Below, in pieces: positions 12,298-24,722 of a stretch of DNA of 64,000 nucleotides. Location: assembly GCA_030704615.1 (NCBI GenBank), contig CM060733.1:43214001-43278000 (forward strand), in the 5' to 3' direction. Position numbers and translations under genes: made by a program. Below the pieces are notes generated by a model that saw only the letters and a program-made list of their open reading frames with translations, searched no databases and was not told the origin of the DNA. The first letter of the stretch is position 1. Every line of letters begins with the position of its first letter. The DNA is from Takakia lepidozioides. Taxonomy: Eukaryota; Plantae; Bryophyta.

Positions 12298-14746
12298 CTA
12301 TCCAATGCAATGTGGATATAACCAATCTCCATCTGGAACCATCTCAAGAGGTGGAGTCAAGCATCCCATATGCCAACCTCTAGAGCATCGATCACACACC
12401 AGCATGGTGGCTGCCCCTCTAGCAGACCCACACAACATGCACCTCAAACTTGCAGATACCACTGCCAGGTTTGGGTCAATCCTGCCATCGACATTCGGAA
12501 GGTGACATGGCGCACAATTACGCACATGGTTCTTCCAAGTTATGCCATCCCGACCCTCCAAGATCAAGACGCCTGAGGGCAAGACCTCTCGAACCCTCAA
12601 AATAACACGTCCTGCAGTCACATCCAAGGTCGTAGGAGCAGTCTGCTGCAGATAGACATAGCCACCAGGGTTGAATCTCCGAACCCCAGGACGATAGCCC
12701 CCACCACGTATGGTAGCATACCTCAACGTATCACGATGTTGGGCAATGGCAAGGTTCTCGAAAGCCATGGGCATGACTTTCTTGAACATCTCTGCACGCT
12801 GATCACATGCACGTGCCCAAACGTCCGGATCGTCAAGGTTAAGAACTGTAGCAGCTTCTCTACGAATGAATGTAGGCAAATCCGGCTCTCGGCCAAAGAG
12901 AAGAAAGTATGGTGAGAAGGAGGCAAGTGATGTTTGCTTGTTGAACCTGTAGCCCATGGCTAACCAGGGTAACTGAAGGTCCCAATCTCCTAGGTGTCCC
13001 TTCTGCAAGCCATACTTGCGCAAACCCCTCTTTACTGTCTGAACAACTCTCTCTGCCAAGCCATCGGCCTCAGGATGATCCTGAGAAGTGGTGCGGTGGT
13101 CTATCAAGGCCTTGTCACACAAAGCCTGAAACTCCCCCAAAAACTCTCTCCCTTGGTCCGTGAGTACCTCAGCTGGAGCACCGAATCGGCTAAGTACACA
13201 ATCCAAGAATGCATACGCAGCTCCCTCACTAGCCTTATCAGGCAATGGAACCAACTCGATCCACTTGGAGAAGTGCTCCACCATCACCAACACGTACTTG
13301 TTGTGGCGCATGGTCAGGGCAACGGCCCTGCGAAGTCAAGACTCCACCTGTAGCCCAATCCCATGATCGGAAGAGGGTGCAATTGTGGAGTAGGGGCGTT
13401 GAATGAAGCACGCACCCTGTCACACATCATGCACCTAGCCACAAATTGTTGCACCTCTGTGTGCATACCACGCCACCAATATTGCCCCTGCAGTAGACTA
13501 TGAGTGTGTCGCACCCCAAAATGCCCCAACTCCTCATGGGCATGCCGCACTAACCGTGCCCGCTGTATTGGGTGAGGCACAATCCTCATTCGACCATCCT
13601 CCCACACTCGGAGCAGGTGTGTCCCCTCCCACTTGAACCTCTTGGCTCGTTGTAGGATCCGATCCCTCTCCTTGGCAGTCACAGTGGCTGTCGTGTCTCC
13701 AGTGCGGAGATAGTCCAACACAGCTGAATCCTCATGTATATCTTTGGCGTCACCTTGCTCATTGCTGGCCTCAGGGTCCTTAGACACTTGATCTACAGTC
13801 ATCCCTATTGCAGGTCCAACCTGGCCTTCCGCTGCCAAGATACACAGAAATGCAGATGCATGCCATCCGGACACCATCTCCTCATCCGTCTCACCATGCC
13901 ACCAAGCTCCAGTGTCATCCTGCTGGCTCGTGCATGGATTGCGACTCAATCCATCTGCATTACGATTGACCAAACCTGGTCGATGCACAACCTGAAAGTC
14001 ATACTCTTGAAGGATGAGTGCCCACCGTACAAGCTTCCCCGTAAGCTTGTCTGACTCCATCAACCACTTGAGTGGCTGGTGATCCGTGACAAGGGTGAAG
14101 AGATTGCCGTATAGATAGCACCTGAAGTGTGCCACGGCCCACACAACAGCTAAGCATTCTCCCTCATATGAGCTATACTTAGACTTTGCAGCGTTGTTCG
14201 AGCGGCTAGCATAAGCTACTACGAACTCTTTTCCCTCATCATCCACCTGTGTGAGCACTGCTCCAAGCCCTAGCATGCTCCAATCTGTATGCAGCTGAAA
14301 AGAACAGGTCGTCTCAAGATAGGAGCCGAGGTCAACCTCGCCTTGAGCTCTTGAAAAGCTTGTTCTTGCTCATCTTCCCACTGCCACTCCTGGTCCACCT
14401 TGGTCAGCTTGGTTAGAGCCTTTGCAATGGCACTAAATCCCTTAACAAACCATCTATAATAGTTTGCTAAACCCATGAAAGCTCGAACTCGGCTCACATC
14501 CGTGGGGCGTGGAATCTGTGCAATGGCCTCTACCTTAGTCTGTTGTACCCCCAATCCTTCAGGATATATCAGGTGACCCAGATACTCAATCTGGTTGTGG
14601 AAAAACTTGCACTTCCCCGGATGTAACTTCAATCCGTGCGCCCTCAAGCGCTCAAATATCACCTGAAGGTGTCTCTCATGCTCCTCTCTCCATGTCACTG
14701 TATCTATAGGGTCTCCATAAGATTGGCGTGTCAGTAGCCAATTCAA
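12298..14746 (-). pseudogene. Pol of copy 2: partial RT, RNase H, integrase and PHD (frameshifted; RT core deleted)
   Basis: RT C-terminal half EHERHL..GLKLHPGKCKF..YLGH..AFMGLANYYR; RNase H GLGAVL..YASRS..EGECLAVVWA..TDHQPL..NADGLSR; H2C2 + DDE integrase; terminal C4HC3. RT-RH-INT is the Ty3/Gypsy order. Confidence 0.92.
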
Positions 14747-14945
14747 TGCGAATCTCTTGACCCTTCAGTGCTCCTAAGTCCTTCAAACTGAAGGCAAAGC
14801 AGTTCCTGTAAGCCCTCAAGGACCGCCGTATACGTCGTCTCTCTCCTCCGGTGACTATAGGTCCAACATTAGGCTCCCAGTTGTCTTCCGTGACTGCAAC
14901 CTTGAGTCCAGCAGGCTAAGAGATAGAAGACGCGTCCCGTGGTTG

Positions 14946-16240
14946 CTATGCTGCAACCTCTTGAGCAGTGACCACTGCCTCCTTTGTAAGTGACAATGTC
15001 TCACCCTGCCCCATCATCTCATCCTTGAGGACCTCCTCAACCCGAGAAAAATCCCCAACCTGATCCATCACCGCCGCCTTGGCTGCCAACTCCTTCTGAA
15101 CCTCGAGCACCTCCCACGTGTGCCATGGATGCGGCCTGCATCTTGTGGTCCTCACTTGCTCGCCCCCACTCGCTGCCTGTACCGTCTCGGTAGGCAAGGA
15201 GACCATGAAGGGAAGTGTACTTCGTACTTTGCGCTGTTCGGCCATAGCCAAGCTGATAATCCAAGTCAAGCAATTGAGATCCATTGCTTGCCCCAACACC
15301 TGACGACGTGATGCCTCAGAAAGAGATGACACCGCCGTGGTACCAGTGGTAAAACCCATTGCCCGCTCGCGCTCATCAGCATTGGGCTCCACTAATTGTT
15401 GCAACTGGCTATCCCACAAGAGGCCAGGTCCACCATCCCGAAAAGCATGGGATCCTGGGAAGCTGAGCAGTGTAGGTAATGTTGCTCGTGGTTGACCAAC
15501 CCTGTTGACCACTACCAAAGGCGAACGGTTATCGTGTCTCACACGTTGAGACTGTCTCCCTGTGTCCAAAATGCTATCCACTGTGAGGTGTGCTGGCCGC
15601 TGCACCCCATCAAATGCACGCTTGAGCAGTGCGGGTGGCATCAAATTAGTCCACCATAGCCGTGGACGATGAGCCCGTGACCCCACTGCAGCTGCATCCA
15701 GCAACACTGCTGACCCAAGCCACGACCGGACTTGATGCACACTGGCCATCACCCTGGCCCGAGAATCACCCATCAGTGGCACATTCTCTAAGATGTATGC
15801 TGGAGATACAGCTTGATGAAGCTGCAAGTGGCGCAAAACCCGCACCATCTCCCAAAACAGACCTATCCTCGAGTCTTGCAATCCATTGCCATGCCCCGCT
15901 GATGAATGCCTTTGGCAGGGCCAACCTGCCACTACCAGATCAATGGAGCCAACCTGCTCCAAATCCTGCGCCCCCAGCAACGAAATGTCTGCTGGCAAGG
16001 CTTGTTGGTATCCACGAACTGCAGACACTGGCAACAAATCAGGGTACTGCTATACCAACTAAGCAACATGACGTAGTGAGACACGTCGTGCAGTCTCATC
16101 CCTCTCCACATACAGGTAACGTCGAACTCGTACACCTGCCTGCAGCACTGCAGCCAATCCAGTGCTGATCCCGCCAAACAAGTCCAAAAGGCATATGCCT
16201 TCATCCGGGCACTGCCACACAAGAGATGTGGTATCCAATG
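14946..16240 (-). pseudogene. C5-cytosine DNA methyltransferase domain (DNMT3/DRM-like) within the retroelement
   Basis: Motif I LDLFGGISTG, II YVERD, III PADI, IV VVAGWPCQ, VI YILENV, VIII AHRPRLWW, IX ERERAMGF, X RRQVLGQAM. One frame break near 16040-16060. Confidence 0.9.
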
Positions 16241-17082
16241 GCGACATCTGCTGCAAATCACACCAGCTATCGAACTCCTGGATAAAGTCATCCAGCTCAA
16301 TTGTGCCCACAGCTCCAGAGTATCTATGAGACCCCTTGGTAGCTCCATACATCTCCTCCATGTCGTCCCACAACAATGGCGAATGAAACTGCCCTGGGGG
16401 GTGCACTCTTTATAAAATGTCCGTATCACGTGCGTTCGCCGCCTAATAAAAAAAACCCCTTGTATACGGGTCTTTGGATCATTTATACCCCCTCTGTACA
16501 TACATTTTGAAGATTATAAAACCCCCTCATGTAAATATATAGAAATTTGTAATTTAAAAAAAATACCGCCTTCTGTATGTATATTTTTCTTTCCAATAAA
16601 TAAAAAATACCCTCAAATATGTATATGTATGTTTTTATATTATATCAAGTTTATTCATTTAAAAATAGAATAAAAAACTAATTAATTAATTAAAAAAATC
16701 TGTTTGCCCTCGATGAAACTGTTGTGGAATCTCACTTTGAACAAAAATCAGATGCAGAGAGGAAGGGACATTGTCAATGCCCGATGTGCAAGAGGCCTGA
16801 AGAAAATTTCCATTTTCTGATATATAGTCCTGGGTATTTTCATTAGAGACTGAACCTCTTGAAGACCATCAAGACCTAATCACTGCACCTCTGTTCATCA
16901 ACTAGGACAGTTTCTGAACTTGTTCTACAGTTTCAACCTTCGCAAGGTCCAATTATGTTCAAACCCTACTATTGAGAATTCCTCTCCAAAAAGATATTTC
17001 GTGCGCCTTTGCTGCCACTGTTGGAGTCCAACCTAACTCGCAATTGACAGAGTTCAATACATTCAATTAGGTGACAAGCATT

Positions 17083-18030
17083 TCATTTCATACTCCCACA
17101 AGAACAAACACCATTTTGGAAGTGGTGAAAGCGGTTTGCATCCCGTACAACAATCTCTTGCTTAGCTATCTTTGAGATGAATTTGGTGGCTGTGTGGCAA
17201 TCACCACACATCCGAAGATTCCTGATGATCCCCAAAGACATCCCAGAGGGTGTGTTGATAAGCCCAAAAACAATGGCCAACTTCTCATTGTGGTGGCAAA
17301 GAGACGATTCTTTAAGCTCTTCCTCAACATCACGCAATGCCAAGCGGGCTTCACCCCTTCGCACATCATTTGCTCATAGGTCTCCAAAGCCTCCATCCCA
17401 CGCCCTTACTGTGCATATCCTGCAACCATCGCACTCCACGACAGCACATCTCGTTCAGCCATACTGTCGAACACTCCCTTCATACATGTCCACGAGGGTA
17501 TTGTTCATAATGACATTTGATACAATTGCAAATCTGACAATGTCGCCATGGACCTCTTTGCCCTTTTCCAGAGCTGACAGGCTTGCACACGCATTGCAAA
17601 TGTACACAAACATGATGTGGTCGGGCTTCACCCCTTCCCCCATCATTTGATCATAGGTCTCCAAAGTTTCTATACCACGTCCCTGCTGTGCATACCCTAC
17701 AAGCACCGCACTCCACGACACCACACCTCGTTCAGCCATGGAAACTCCCTTCGCATCCTTAATGCACCCACATTTGGCATACATGTCCACCAGGGGAGTG
17801 TTCAGAATGACATCTGGTACAATTCCAGCTTTGACAATGTCACCATGGACCTCTTTCCCCTTTTCCAGAGCTCGCAGGCTTGGACACTCATTGCATCCTG
17901 CCAACATTATATTCCACGTGATCAAAGATCGTTGAGGCATTCTGTTGAACACTTGGTGAGCATCGATGATGCTCCCGCACATAACATTCATGTTGACAAG
18001 GGTGTTGAGTAGAAAAACATTGTGGACTCC
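17083..18030 (-). pseudogene. Captured PLS-PPR and DYW deaminase fragments
   Basis: HHNEKLAIVFGL..RNLRMCGDCH..HHFQNGVCSCG (DYW); ALEKGKEVHGDIV..VDMYAKCG PPR motifs with internal deletions. Confidence 0.88.
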
Positions 18031-20619
18031 CTCTCTTGATCCTCTTTCAGAAGTGTGGTCATGGTTGAGGTGCCTGATTTTATCAACTGTGAGTGACGGT
18101 GAGTGACGCTCCAGGATTTTGAATTTCGCATTATCCACAGACCTGGAAGCAAGCACACAAACGTGGATGCTCTCGGTAGATTCCCTGTTGGAAAACCAGA
18201 TGAGGTTGAGGACGTAGAGGTAAATATGACAAGGAGAGAAGAGCAAAATGGAGAGCAAAGACCTGAAACAGTGATGATTTTGTGCTTGCGGGAGAATGTA
18301 GGGATGGCTGCACTGTTCACACTACATGCTGGTAGGTACACCCTTGCAAGAAAGGATGATAGATCCATTAGTGAATTTGCTGGAAAGAGTGACCGTGAAC
18401 TGCACTACTATCTATTAGTATGGAATTCAGGCTAGAGCTACACAACATTCACTTCTGCATCTACACTAACCTGCAGCCATTAGCATGGAGAGAACAAGGA
18501 TGACAAGAACAGACATAAGCAAGGACTTCTGTTTTGAAATAACTGGACCAGATTGGGAAGGACAAGGGAGAAGGAGAGCCATGAGGACAAAGAGGACACC
18601 TTCTTCAGGCTTGAGAACCAGTGTCTTTGAGCAGATCTGCAAAATGAAAAGACCAGAAGCAACGAGTCAGGTTTGAGCTTTACCCAAGGGTCAATGCTAT
18701 GATCAGCAGCTTTGAGGAGGGATCATGTAGTTATGAGAGAAACAGCGAGAATGACAACGAGAACGAGAAAAGAGAGATGACTGAGACAACTCCAATGACA
18801 AAAAGGGGAAGGGACAGCCAATGTAAGGATTATGCCAGTACTGCACTAATAGTTTACAACGACCGGGTGATAGGAGTAGAGTCAAACAAGCGCAGGAAGG
18901 AAATAGTAGAGGATCTGCAGCATAGCCCTCAAGACACTGCAGTCCAATACAGGGAGAGTACATTGATCCCATGAGTGCTCATAAAGATTAGCCCAAACAT
19001 AGACAGAGAGATGAGCAACAAACCATCATTGTGTGTCTACTGCCGAGAGAGCAAGGGATGTCATCTTAAGTCAATGAGTCCTCCAACAGCCTCCGTGATG
19101 AAAAGAAAATAAAAACCAGCCATCAGGAAGTGAGTGACACCGAGAATGACGTGAGGATTCAAAAGAAAAGCGGGAAGGCAAGCATCAGCTCTGAAGCCAA
19201 GAAATCTGATGATAACAAGCGACAAACAAACGAGGCAAGGGGCAGATGGTGCTTAGCTTTTATGATAGTGTTGGTGTGGATAATCAGCACCGTACAGACG
19301 ATGGTGGTATGCTTCAATTACCTTTGGCAAAGTTCTGCACAACACATGAGGAGGGTGAATGCGACATGGAAGAAAAGAGCAGTACACAAGTTCCATGATG
19401 AGCTAGAAGGGAGAAACAAAGGCATCATGCAATGACGAAAAAGGTGCAGCAAAAGGACAAGGCGACAGGGAAGCTGAGAGAAACAAAGAGTCTAAGGGGT
19501 GAAGTAAGAGCTGGGAAAGTGGCCTGGACGATGGTGAAGTACTTACTTTCCCCTCTTTTATGCTCCAGCCTCTCAGGTAATTTCTCCTCCACGTGCTTGT
19601 TTCTCCATACTTCCAGCCTTGTCTATCTTTTTCCAGCCATTGCCCTCATGGTTGGCTAGGTATCTCCACCCTGGTTTCTCTTTCCACTGATGCGTCTCTC
19701 CCTCATGTATCAGGCCTGCATCATTCTCTTGTTTTCTGTTGCTGCTATCAGCTCCTTCATTGTGTTGCACTCCTTCCTGCTTCTCACTTCTCTCATCATC
19801 CCCTTCATGTGCCACTCCAGATTTGTTCTTCCTCGCTGCTTGAGGATTGATTTGGTAATTAGCCCTGGTTTTTATCACTCCAATAAAGGGCAGCTCCCTC
19901 TCTCTCTTGTTTTCACAGCTTGGTCTTGTTCTTATCTGCGGAAATCCTCTGGGTTCTTCATTTTCAGATGATTCGGGCAACCCTATTCAGCCGCCAGCCT
20001 TTGTCTTCCCTGACAGGGAAGTGTGCTCCCTCTTACTCATTTTTTGCTGGTTCTTTTGATGTTCTGCCCTGAGTGCCTTCCTTCTCCTGTTTCAGCAGCA
20101 GCTCCCATGCCTGAATTGCTACCTTTCTTCGCAGTTGATATTGTGCCTTCCCTTTCCTTCGTAGCTTAATCAACTGTTTTGTCTTGGCAGCTCCCTTGCC
20201 ATGTGTGTGTTGCTTTACTGCAGCTCCCTTGGCTGCCCACCATCTGTGGAGTCCTTCTTGCATCACTCTGATTATCCTTGGCATGTATTCTGCTGCGAGA
20301 TACCACAGGTATGTGCTGCACTTACCAATCATTACCAAGGTACTCCACATCCAAAGACGAGGCGGACAACTGGCTGCCTGAAAGAGACAGAAGGTTGAGG
20401 AAAAATCTGCCAAGACAACTGTGAGTACATTTCGCTCTCTCTACTCTTGGCAATAGACTAAAATTGAAATGCAGTCAGGGAGTGTACCTTTGAACAAACA
20501 AACAGATGCAGAGAGGAAAGGTAGCCTATCAATGCCCGACGTGCGGGAAGCCTGAAGACTGAACATTTTCTGATACATTTCCGGTGTACACTCCCATCTG
20601 AGAGCGACCCTCTTCACTT

Positions 20620-20870
20620 ACATCAAGAACAGAGTCCTTGCACAGCTTTTCGCCAAGATGCACCCACATTTTGCAAACATGTCCACCAGGATATTGTTCA
20701 GAATGACAGCTGGTACAATTCCAGCTCTGAAGATGCCGCCATGGACCTCTTTCCCCTTTTCCAGAGCTACCAGGGCAGTGTTTAGAATGACATTTGGTAC
20801 AATTCCAGTTTTGACGATATCCCCATGCACCTCTTTGCCCTTCTCTAGGGCTGCCAGGCTTGCACGACGC
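20620..20870 (-). pseudogene. PPR fragment (duplicated L-motif halves) in the TIR element
   Basis: ALEKGKEVHGDIVKTGIVPNVILNTALV followed by ALEKGKEVHGGIFRAGIVP..VDMFAKCG. Confidence 0.8.
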
Positions 20871-21190
20871 CACATCTTGTTCAGCCATCTTCGCGGAAGG
20901 GAAGGCGAACGCGGGAGAGGAGATAAGAGGAGGAGAGGGAAAAGAGAATGCCGCGGGAGGGGACAAAAGGATGTACCTGCGATTTGATCTCGCGGTGCAT
21001 CGCAGCCTAATCGTCGCCCTTACCAACTACGCTACCCCTGAAAACTCAACAACCCCCTACTGTAATATTATATTTAAGGTGTTTTAAACCCCCATCTTGT
21101 ATGTATAATGTTGTATATTGGGGGGTTTAAAATACCCCCTCCTGTGCACGCACGTGGCTGGTACATTTAATGAGGAGTGCACCCCCCGGA

Positions 21191-21383
21191 GAAACTGCAC
21201 ACCTGTTGATGAAGCCTCCGAGTCTGTGTCTGACTCTGCACTAGTTGAGGGTGGAGGTGAAGGTGGTCTGAAACGAACACCTCGTCTGGTGAACCCACTC
21301 TCACTGTTACTGCCTGTAGCCGTACTCCCCTCAAAACCCTTGGGTAACTCCGTGATGACACTCACAATGTGCACCTCCCCCAC
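21191..21383 (-). pseudogene. Gag N-terminus of copy 2 (continues at 16384)
   Basis: RRGVRFRPPSPP..SDTDSE is homologous to RRGVRFRPPSPP..SDSDCE at 25079-25387. Confidence 0.8.
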
Positions 21384-22019
21384 GTGACACTATAAGGCTC
21401 TAGTACTAATTCTAATAGTGACACAGGTAGGCACCTGTTGCAGTTTAAGGGTCATATCCCAGTGGCTCAGGGCACCTGCACCTGCATCCACCGCAAGAAC
21501 TCCTATGGTTGGCTGGTCATCAACCCAGTCTCACCATAGAAGAAACACTGGTGGTCTTGCTGGTCATCACTCCAGCCTCACCACCGATAGCATACTCTAG
21601 GATTGACCGGTGATCAAATCTGGCCTAATCCCTATGAAAGCAAGCGCCTACACAAAATCAACATGGCGCACAGTCAAGCATGCAGGTGTTGGGGGGGATC
21701 CAAACACAAGAAATCAAAACATCAACACCCCCACACCAAAATCCATCTGCAATGCTGATCCTGCAGAAGATCCCAGCCCAAAACCCCGGACTGACTGGCC
21801 TCCACCAAGAGAGGCTTTGGCAACTACAAGTGCAAAATATTGAAAATAGTAAAGAGAGGGAGGGGAAGAATAGAAGCCCGACCAAGCAAAATCTAATCCT
21901 GATCTATGCTATCAGCTGCCAGACTTCTCTCAAAGTGCCTCGCTCTGCATAATGGTAAGGTGTAGGAGGTATATCTATATGCCACTAACCTTGTCCCAAG
22001 CTACAGTAGCTCGCTCTAA

Positions 22020-22643
22020 TCAAACCTCCTCCTCTTTCTGCCAGGTAGAGACAAAGCAGTACTCCTCTATCTCCCGCTCACTGAACACTAAAGAAAATAA
22101 AGGTAGGGTGTGACAGTCTCTCAACTCGAAAGCTTTGAGACGGTTGCGGGTGTCCTCATTGCGAATGAGTGCATCTCCTTCAAGCAAAACAAACTTGCCA
22201 TTGCTAATGAACCCCCGCTCGTGGTTGCCTTGTGCAGAGCGTGTCCGGCTGCAACCATGTCTGATTGCAAAAACTTGTGTAGCTCCTGCTCCTCTGCTCC
22301 AGTACACCACGGCCTTGTGGCTGAACACCTTGGTCCCCGGGGCTGTCTTTGGCTGTGTTCCAAGCCTAGCTTTCACCCACTTTGGTATTTCACCTACAGT
22401 TGCAGAACTGCTGGCTCCAACAGAGTTCTGACTGTTCAAAGCAATATTGAGGCCCTCAACGCCAACTACAGCAGTTTGTTGTCTACTGCTAATGCCTGAC
22501 TCCCAGTATGCAATCAACTCGTCCAACTGTTCTCCACTCAAATCAGTCTGAGTTTCTTGAGAAACATAAATCTTGTCCCCTTGGGTGCACGGGCTAAGAG
22601 AAGAGACTTGCCCTTCAATTACGTCCTCATTTTCCCCAGCCAT
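22020..22643 (-). CDS. Hypothetical 207-aa ORF in the 5' leader of copy 2
   Basis: ATG-started, uninterrupted ORF in the element's sense orientation; no recognised motif. Confidence 0.35.
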   Translation of the reverse strand: MAGENEDVIEGQVSSLSPCTQGDKIYVSQETQTDLSGEQLDELIAYWESGISSRQQTAVVGVEGLNIALNSQNSVGASSSATVGEIPKWVKARLGTQPKTAPGTKVFSHKAVVYWSRGAGATQVFAIRHGCSRTRSAQGNHERGFISNGKFVLLEGDALIRNEDTRNRLKAFELRDCHTLPLFSLVFSEREIEEYCFVSTWQKEEEV

Positions 22644-24722
22644 ACAAGGAGTACATCCCCAGATTTATCTCTCATGTAGACCACAACAGGTTCTAGAAAA
22701 AGAATTGTGGATCTTTCATGGCACACTCACACTCAAAAAATTCCATAGATTTTTAGCAGAGTCCAAAAAACTAAAACCAAGTCTAGATAGGTAGATTTCC
22801 CCTTTCTGCAGCTATCCCCCCAAAAACTGAGTCAAACGGAGTCCATTTGACAAAGTTATGACCAATTAGGCTCTAAGTCATTTAAACTAGATCAAAAGGT
22901 TTTTATTTTTATTTTTATTTTAACACCAAAACGTTCTCGCCATTAAAAACTATTCCCACGTTTTTTGCGATTCACTGCAGGTTCCCATCAAGGTCAAAAT
23001 ACCGTGCCCTGCAAGTGCCCGAAATGGTGGAATTGCAATCTACCAACAGAGGTTGCAGTGCTGGGATCCTCCTTCGCAGGCACACGCTTGGCAGCCCCTG
23101 CTCGTCCTGCACCCCAGGTCTGCCATGCCTCTGGCGTCAGGGCTGCTCTTTCACACTTTTTGCCCCAGTTGTTTGTCTCTTCAGCTGTGCTTTCGGTTCT
23201 CAATCCTGTTTGAGCTGCCTTTAGCGCCAGTAGAAAGTCTGCATTTACATATTCCGTGTTGTGACTATGCCTTCACTTTCACTTCAGTGTGCAGGGACTC
23301 CAGGGAAATGAAATGAACTGGGGAGGACAGATTGAAAGAACCCCACAAATGTTGCTCAAGAAAACTTGCCAGTGCAATTTTGAACGCCCAGGAGTCTTGA
23401 TAGAGGTGTTCCTGGTATTGGGTGCAGGTGGTTGAACCATCAACTGACGGAAGCCCAACTGGGGAAGCTAGGCAGCACAGCATCGTCCCGTTCCAATACA
23501 TTCACCCCCACAGGGGCTCTGGGCAACTACTCCACAAGCACTTGTCTCACCGGCAACAGACCTGTTGATGCAACCACCCCACTCTCATCCAACAGCTCCC
23601 TGGTTGGGATGTCCACATCGAATGCCTTCAAGAACCAGTTTGCAATGACAGCACCCTACTTGTCATCCTCAGCAACCCCCTTCATAGGTGTTTCCATTAT
23701 CCCTACGAAGCCTCAACAAAGCAGCATTGGCGGTCTCTGCTTGACACCATCGCTGGCTAGGAGTCAGCGCAGCTCAATGTATTTGCCAGTTGCCAAAACC
23801 TCCATTCAATCTTCGACCAAAGTGCAGTACAAGCCAAAGCTTGGGATGCCTTCAGTGTATGTGGGCTGCAATCAGTACCCCTATGCTAGCGGTCAAATGC
23901 CGATGGATAACTCGGTCTTGAACTCATGGGACGATTGTGGATCCTGGGGTTCAAAGCAGAGTGTATTACCACGACCGCAGCTTTCCTTTATCGACAGGTC
24001 TGACTGCTTTTCTTTGTCCAGCCCAAATGTTTCCATCGGAAAGTCCAGACCCGTAAGCATGACCGATGTAGGCCGATTGCGTAACATTTTATGAAATTGT
24101 CAAGAACCCTGAGCAATTAATTGCACATTATATTGACTTTGCAACTAGCCTAGACCATAGCAATCAGGCTTATAATGGTCATGAGGATTTCTTGCTGTTC
24201 AACACCACAATTGCAGGGTGATCAGTTGGAAATGTGCCTGGATCTCTGCAAAGTATCTCAAGCTTACCCTTGAAGTTGTTGTCTCTCTACAGCTGCGGCT
24301 ATGACAGCCAGCTCGATAAAGGCTCTACTCATCCTGGTGGGCCCACCAACAGAACAACTGCAGCCGCAGGCGACTCGGGACCGGTTTCTCCCACTCAACA
24401 GTTGCAGTCGCCGCTTAGACCACAGTCACCATCTGTGTCTCTTGCGCGCCCTCAGTCACCGGCTGCATCCGTCCCAAGTGGATTTGCTCGATACCCCTCA
24501 CCTAAGAAGGCCCACAATCCCTCAGCCCCTCGGTCTCCTCGTGATGCACAAACATGCAGTAAAGGACACGGCCGAGCTACTCCAAGGACGTCCCCCACTC
24601 GATTGCCATCTCAGTCCCCCACCTACACTTGCACACCCTTCCAAGCATTGCTCACCTTCTTTCGACAAATCGCTTCTCTCACTTTTAAAACTAAACTCAC
24701 CTCTGGCACTCACCTCTCGAGT

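Larger units (their letters stand above)
16393..21190. mobile_element. Non-autonomous TIR DNA transposon (8-bp TSD, hAT-like) carrying PPR/DYW fragments
   Basis: TIRs CCTGGGGGGTGCACTC.. and ..GAGTGCACCCCCCGGA (about 40 bp, imperfect). GAAACTGC at 16385-16392 and 21191-21198. Removal restores gag GVQF|HSPLLWDDMEE. AAACCCC subterminal motifs; no transposase seen. Confidence 0.85.

Noticed and set aside
14946-16240. Bacterial restriction-modification methylase or contamination
   Set aside because: The domain is embedded collinearly in retroelement Pol within plant DNA, has DNMT3-like motif contexts, and has no prokaryotic neighbours.
18450-20450. Short ORFs in the middle of the TIR element as real genes
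   Set aside because: They are low-complexity and fragmented, with no motifs apart from a small RNase H scrap near 18105-18190.
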